Assembly (NCBI GenBank): GCA_963718585.1
Contig: OY970357.1
Span: forward strand, 1,052,459 to 1,084,458
Direction: 5' to 3'
Length of the DNA: 32,000 nt
From: Candidatus Saccharimonadota bacterium
Lineage (GTDB): Bacteria > Patescibacteriota > Patescibacteriia > 2-12-FULL-60-25
Below the pieces are notes generated by a model. That model saw only the letters and a program-made list of their open reading frames with translations. It was not told where the DNA came from and ran no database searches. Both the position numbers and the translations under genes were made by a program. This document shows positions 30,897 through 32,000 of the stretch, in pieces (the stretch's first letter is position 1; each line of letters starts with the position of its first letter).

Positions 30897-32000
30897 ATGC
30901 ACGGTTCTAAAACGTTTGATCTTTTACGGCGAACTATCGCCACACTTGTCATTATCATGATGACGGGGGTGTTTGATGTTGCCGGTTTTGCTGCATCTGC
31001 GATCCCTGCGCACGCAGAGATCCCAACGACGATCGGGTATCAAGGGCGTTTGAAGAATTCGAGCGGTACAGCTCTCACAGGAACCTATAGTTTTCAATTT
31101 CGTATTTATGCCTCTTCGACCGGTGGGACCGCGCTTTGGACAGAGACTCAGCCAAGCGTTTCCGTCGATACGAGTTTTTTTGCAGTTCAATTAGGCTCCG
31201 TTACTGCATTCCCAACGTCGCTGGATTTCAATCAACCGCTTTGGTTGACCACGGAAGTCGGAGGTGACGGAGAGATGACGCCACGCGTTCCGATCAATGC
31301 CGTGTCATATGCTTATACGTCGGGTGGCGTGAACGCGTTACCAAGCGCGCCGGTTTCCGCAACAGGAGGTCGGATGTATTACGACACATCGAATGGCAGT
31401 TTGAGCTACTACGATAAGCTTTCATCGTCGTGGGTTCAGCTCGGATCTTCGACCGGAACGTTCCAGACGGTGACAAACGCCGGCAATGCTACGACCAACG
31501 CGATCCAATTCGCTGGTGGGACATCGACCGGTGACTTCCATTTCTCCGGCTCTTCCACCGTCTCCGGTGCCCTCAACGTCTCTGGCGACACCTCCCTCCA
31601 GAACGCCCTCTTCGTGGACGCGACCGGTACCAACCTCGCGCTCCTCGGTCTCCTCACGGCACCCTCCGCCTCGTTCACGGATCTCTTTGCCACGAACGCG
31701 ACGACCACCAACAGTACCTCCACCAATCTCTTTGCCACCAATGCCACGATCACGAACCTGAACGTCTCGAACTTCACGCCGACCGATATCACCTGGGTCC
31801 ATGCGACCGGGACATATACCACCACCACGGATCTCGGCGTCCTGGGATATATCGACACAGACCTCCTCCCGTCCCTTGATGCCGCCCTCTCCATCGGCTC
31901 TTCCGGCCTCCGGTGGAATGGGATCTTCGCGAACACCACCTCGACGAACGCCACCACCACGAACTTGTATGCCACGAACGGTTCCATCCTGAACGCCTCG
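30897..32000 (+). CDS. Large secreted fibre-like (phage tail-fibre-like) surface protein, 3' end outside the window; not in the supplied ORF track
   Basis: Own translation from the ATG at 30897: MHGSKTFDLLRRTIATLVIIMMTGVFDVAGFAASAIPAHA/EIPTTIGYQGRLKNSSGTALTGTYSFQFRIY...LWTETQ...PRVPINAVSYAY, then repeats such as FTDLFATNATTTNSTSTNLFATNATITNLNVSNFT and TNATTTNLYATNGSILNAS. There is no stop before position 32000. Confidence 0.8.
   Translation, partial: MHGSKTFDLLRRTIATLVIIMMTGVFDVAGFAASAIPAHAEIPTTIGYQGRLKNSSGTALTGTYSFQFRIYASSTGGTALWTETQPSVSVDTSFFAVQLGSVTAFPTSLDFNQPLWLTTEVGGDGEMTPRVPINAVSYAYTSGGVNALPSAPVSATGGRMYYDTSNGSLSYYDKLSSSWVQLGSSTGTFQTVTNAGNATTNAIQFAGGTSTGDFHFSGSSTVSGALNVSGDTSLQNALFVDATGTNLALLGLLTAPSASFTDLFATNATTTNSTSTNLFATNATITNLNVSNFTPTDITWVHATGTYTTTTDLGVLGYIDTDLLPSLDAALSIGSSGLRWNGIFANTTSTNATTTNLYATNGSILNAS

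Noticed and set aside
30534-30910. ORFs 30534-30902 (minus, 122 aa) and 30605-30910 (plus, 101 aa) in the non-coding island
   Set aside because: They overlap each other. Their translations are Cys/Arg/Trp-rich and look random, with no start signals. The region is better explained by RNA or DNA secondary structure.

Overview
GC-rich bacterial chromosomal segment with a housekeeping backbone interleaved with many lineage-specific genes of unknown function. No transposase, integrase, CRISPR array or reverse transcriptase is visible.

Gene order, left to right:
- 3' part of a Cu-type P1B ATPase, then a small Met/His-rich lipoprotein.
- An AT-rich, palindrome-dense control region.
- A compact NIF-type Fe-S operon: Rrf2 regulator, cysteine desulfurase, NifU without its C-terminal domain, a separate Nfu-domain gene, and a ferredoxin.
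- A cNMP-binding-like coiled-coil protein, an RNA-methylase-like gene, and a bitopic giant coiled-coil protein.
- rpsF-ssb-rpsR, then epmA, an unknown ORF, and efp.
- A hypothetical gene, then a DHDPS-family aldolase overlapping a heme-oxygenase-like di-iron enzyme, then a divergent kinase-fold protein.
- A secreted Ig-like protein, tRNA-Leu(UAG), and a Sir2 deacetylase.
- A tightly coupled four-gene operon of unknowns. Two of its genes are under 60 aa and absent from the supplied ORF track.
- rlmH, then a 23S-5S rRNA unit with no 16S in the window. The 23S carries a 258-nt ORF-less group I intron.
- A MazG-like gene, then an adjacent dockerin protein and membrane-anchored cohesin protein.
- A structured non-coding region, then an open-ended fibre-like surface protein that is also absent from the ORF track.

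Most worth following up:
1. A three-copy family of ~95-nt rod-like hairpins with compensatory changes, located in an mRNA spacer, after rpsR and in the 23S-5S spacer.
2. The coupled four-gene operon with paralogous mini-ORFs and a GNAT-like core.
3. Two candidate small RNAs, one between a perfect promoter and an intrinsic terminator upstream of 23S, and one a 106-nt hairpin RNA upstream of the fibre gene.
4. epmA-X-efp without epmB.
5. The aldolase/di-iron oxidase pair.

The unlinked intron-bearing rRNA, minimal Fe-S machinery, cohesin/dockerin and fibre-like surface proteins, and many unknowns are reminiscent of CPR/Patescibacteria. That is an inference only. All functional calls rest on motifs I recognise by eye, and no database search was possible.
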